Of a stretch of DNA of 64,000 nt, positions 62,459 to 64,000 are shown piece by piece. How positions within the stretch are numbered: the first letter of the stretch is position 1; every line of letters begins with the position of its first letter. Both the position numbers and the translations under genes were made by a program. The notes under the pieces are model-generated. The model did not search any database and had not been told where the DNA came from. It was given only the letters and a program-made list of their open reading frames with translations. Origin of the DNA: Trypanosoma brucei (lineage: Eukaryota); contig CM000208.1 in NCBI GenBank assembly GCA_000002445.1, forward strand, positions 1,792,001 through 1,856,000, read 5' to 3'.

Positions 62459-64000
62459 CTACAGGTACAGCGACGACGCGAAAACAATATCCCTCTTGAT
62501 GAGCTGAATACCCTTCAGGAATTTGTCGTGCAGCTCCATACACCCAATGGCTGGAGACCGCGCTGCACCTGCCATCTGACGCAACTGCTCCTCAAGGCGA
62601 CGCATCATACGAACGATATCCCCTTCGTAGGCATTAGTTTTGGTCACAATGTCCGAAAACTTTGCTCCTTTTGCCCACAAATAAGTAACTTCCATGAGCG
62701 AAGGCATCGTCTTTTCAACACTTGTATTTTCCTGTGTAATACCGCTTTCAATGCTCAGTGTCGCTATGCGGTTGACGATCTCGTTAAGGTCATTTAAAGG
62801 TTGTCTGAACTCTTCAGGTAGCGAGAAACCATCGGGAGTTCGGTGGACATTCACCAAACAAGACATCAGTGCAACAATCATTTCAGTCTCCATAGAGTTT
62901 AGTACACCTTTGAAGAGCAACTCCGTGAGAAGTAGCTCGTTCTCATCCGACGTCGTGATCTCACATGCCACGCGTGCTTTGCGCAAAATAATGTTATCCT
63001 TGTCGATATAATCCAACCGCCGCAGCACACGCATCATCTTCTTAAGCTCATCAGAGAATATAGCCTGTGTTACCTGGTCAAGCTCCTGTTTGATGGCGTC
63101 CAGTTCCCTCTCAAGATTAGCACGCTTTTTGAAAGACTCGTAATCGGCTTCTAACGCTTCTGTTGGGTTGCACACAAGTTCACATTTTTGTACCTGCTTC
63201 TCTATGTTTCCCAACTGCTCGCATAACTTTTTAAACTTCGGGTCCTTCACTCCCAACTCCTCGCTTGTGAGTAGCGGGACATCATCCCCATGGTTTTTGT
63301 ATAATTTCTCCAAACTTTGTATCACCTCTGCACGGCTTGATGCCGAGTCAAGGTCGGCTGGGAGATTTACCCGGAAGCGGGAGACAGCCTCGATGTCGGT
63401 AAAATCAAACGTTACGGTGTACAAATCCGCCGTATTAATAGTGTGGTCCTTGACGTGGCATGGCACCAGCTGAGTCGGTTGCGATGGATCAGCCTTGCGG
63501 CAAATAACCAAAGCATCCACAGAAAAAGAGGACGGGTCCTTCTCGTCAGCATTAGAAGTTTTTGCTCGAGATGAACGGCAGATACCCCAGTTAAACAAGG
63601 CTCCGTCTGTCGAACGTCGAATGCGGAGGAGTCGGCCAGTATTGGTGAATCTTCTGATAAAAACAGGCTGTTTCAGAAAGTCGCCAATTTGCTTACGCTT
63701 CTTTTCGAGTTGCTCCTGGCAGTGGGCGTATTGACGGAACATTTCCTCGTGCTCCACACAAATCGAAGTGATATCCTTCGTCAACTCTTCTGCCTTCATC
63801 TCCAGCGCCGGCCGGTTACGTAGTCGCTGAAACTGAGCGAAACTGCGCCGCATCATAAACTCTGGGTCTACATCCTCCACGCGAAGCAAGTTGAGCACCA
63901 TATTGTACGTGAGGTGAAAACTGCTATTTAGCACGTCAGCACCTCCACCGGTGACCTGCTTCAGAATCTCCGGCTCCACTGCTTCGTCAACCATCGCTAT
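62459..64000 (-). CDS. MTR4/SKI2-like DExH RNA helicase (exosome cofactor), C-terminal half only (arch/KOW and DSHCT domains). The N-terminal helicase core lies beyond the window end
   Basis: [38 protein letters not shown] matches the MTR4 region [35 protein letters not shown]. The C-terminal end ...[13 protein letters not shown] matches the MTR4 DSHCT terminus. The reading frame stays open through 63995-64000 (..IAM..), so the M at 63994 chosen by the ORF track is internal. Confidence 0.8.
   Translation of the reverse strand: [513 protein letters not shown]

Noticed and set aside
1-64000. Prokaryotic-style systems (CRISPR arrays, restriction-modification or toxin-antitoxin operons, integrons, IS elements)
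   Set aside because: No direct-repeat/spacer arrays, no inverted-repeat-bounded transposase genes, and no Shine-Dalgarno/operon organisation. Gene structure, the telomeric hexamer and protein families (PHF5A, SPO11, TUTase, bromodomain, HRD1-like) place this in a kinetoplastid nucleus.
20313-64000. Functional clustering of RNA-processing genes (DEAH helicase, PHF5A, MTR4, TUTase) as a co-regulated module
   Set aside because: Kinetoplastid polycistrons are not functional operons and the neighbours are unrelated (ABC transporter, SCS-beta, RPS24). Co-location is most likely coincidental.

Overview
The window looks like nuclear DNA from a kinetoplastid, most likely a Trypanosoma brucei-like genome, not a prokaryote. 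The evidence is that every credible CDS lies on the minus strand as one directional polycistronic cluster transcribed from 64000 toward 1. Genes are intron-free and have purine-rich tracts on the plus strand (polypyrimidine on the coding strand) immediately upstream, consistent with trans-splicing signals. Intergenic spacers of 0.5-4.6 kb are AT-rich and low-complexity. A (TTAGGG)n telomere-type hexamer occurs internally. A PHF5A/SF3b subunit and a TUTase-like nucleotidyltransferase are present.

About 27 minus-strand CDS are supportable, in coordinate order (the most 5' gene in the transcription unit is last):
- a partial hypothetical (N-terminus only, at the left edge)
- two hypotheticals
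- SPO11
- a giant 2521-aa protein built from seven tandem divergent nucleoside-diphosphate-kinase-like modules
- a protein with a pseudokinase-like C-terminus
- a hypothetical
- a multipass membrane protein
- a DEAH-box splicing helicase
- a 1155-aa hypothetical
- a small coiled-coil ORF
- a Cid1/TUTase-type nucleotidyltransferase with two zinc fingers
- a SPRY-domain protein
- two tandem, near-identical RPS24 genes
- an 1801-aa protein of repeated MSP/ASH Ig-like domains (flagellar CFAP65/hydin-like)
- an ABCG half-transporter
- a degenerate MCM-like AAA+ protein
- a possible 86-aa small ORF
- a 349-aa hypothetical
- PHF5A/Rds3
- an HRD1-like RING-H2 membrane E3 ligase
- succinyl-CoA ligase beta
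- a bromodomain protein
- an Obg-family GTPase
- the C-terminal half of an MTR4/SKI2-like helicase, truncated by the window end

I found no CRISPR arrays, operon-style defence system or mobile element. The most unusual items are the seven-fold NDK-like giant protein, the interstitial telomeric repeat inside a 4.6-kb gene-poor low-complexity tract, the RPS24 tandem pair (coding regions homogenised, UTRs divergent), and the degenerate MCM-like protein. All coordinates come from the supplied ORF track, adjusted where an upstream low-complexity read-through or a non-ATG start was evident.
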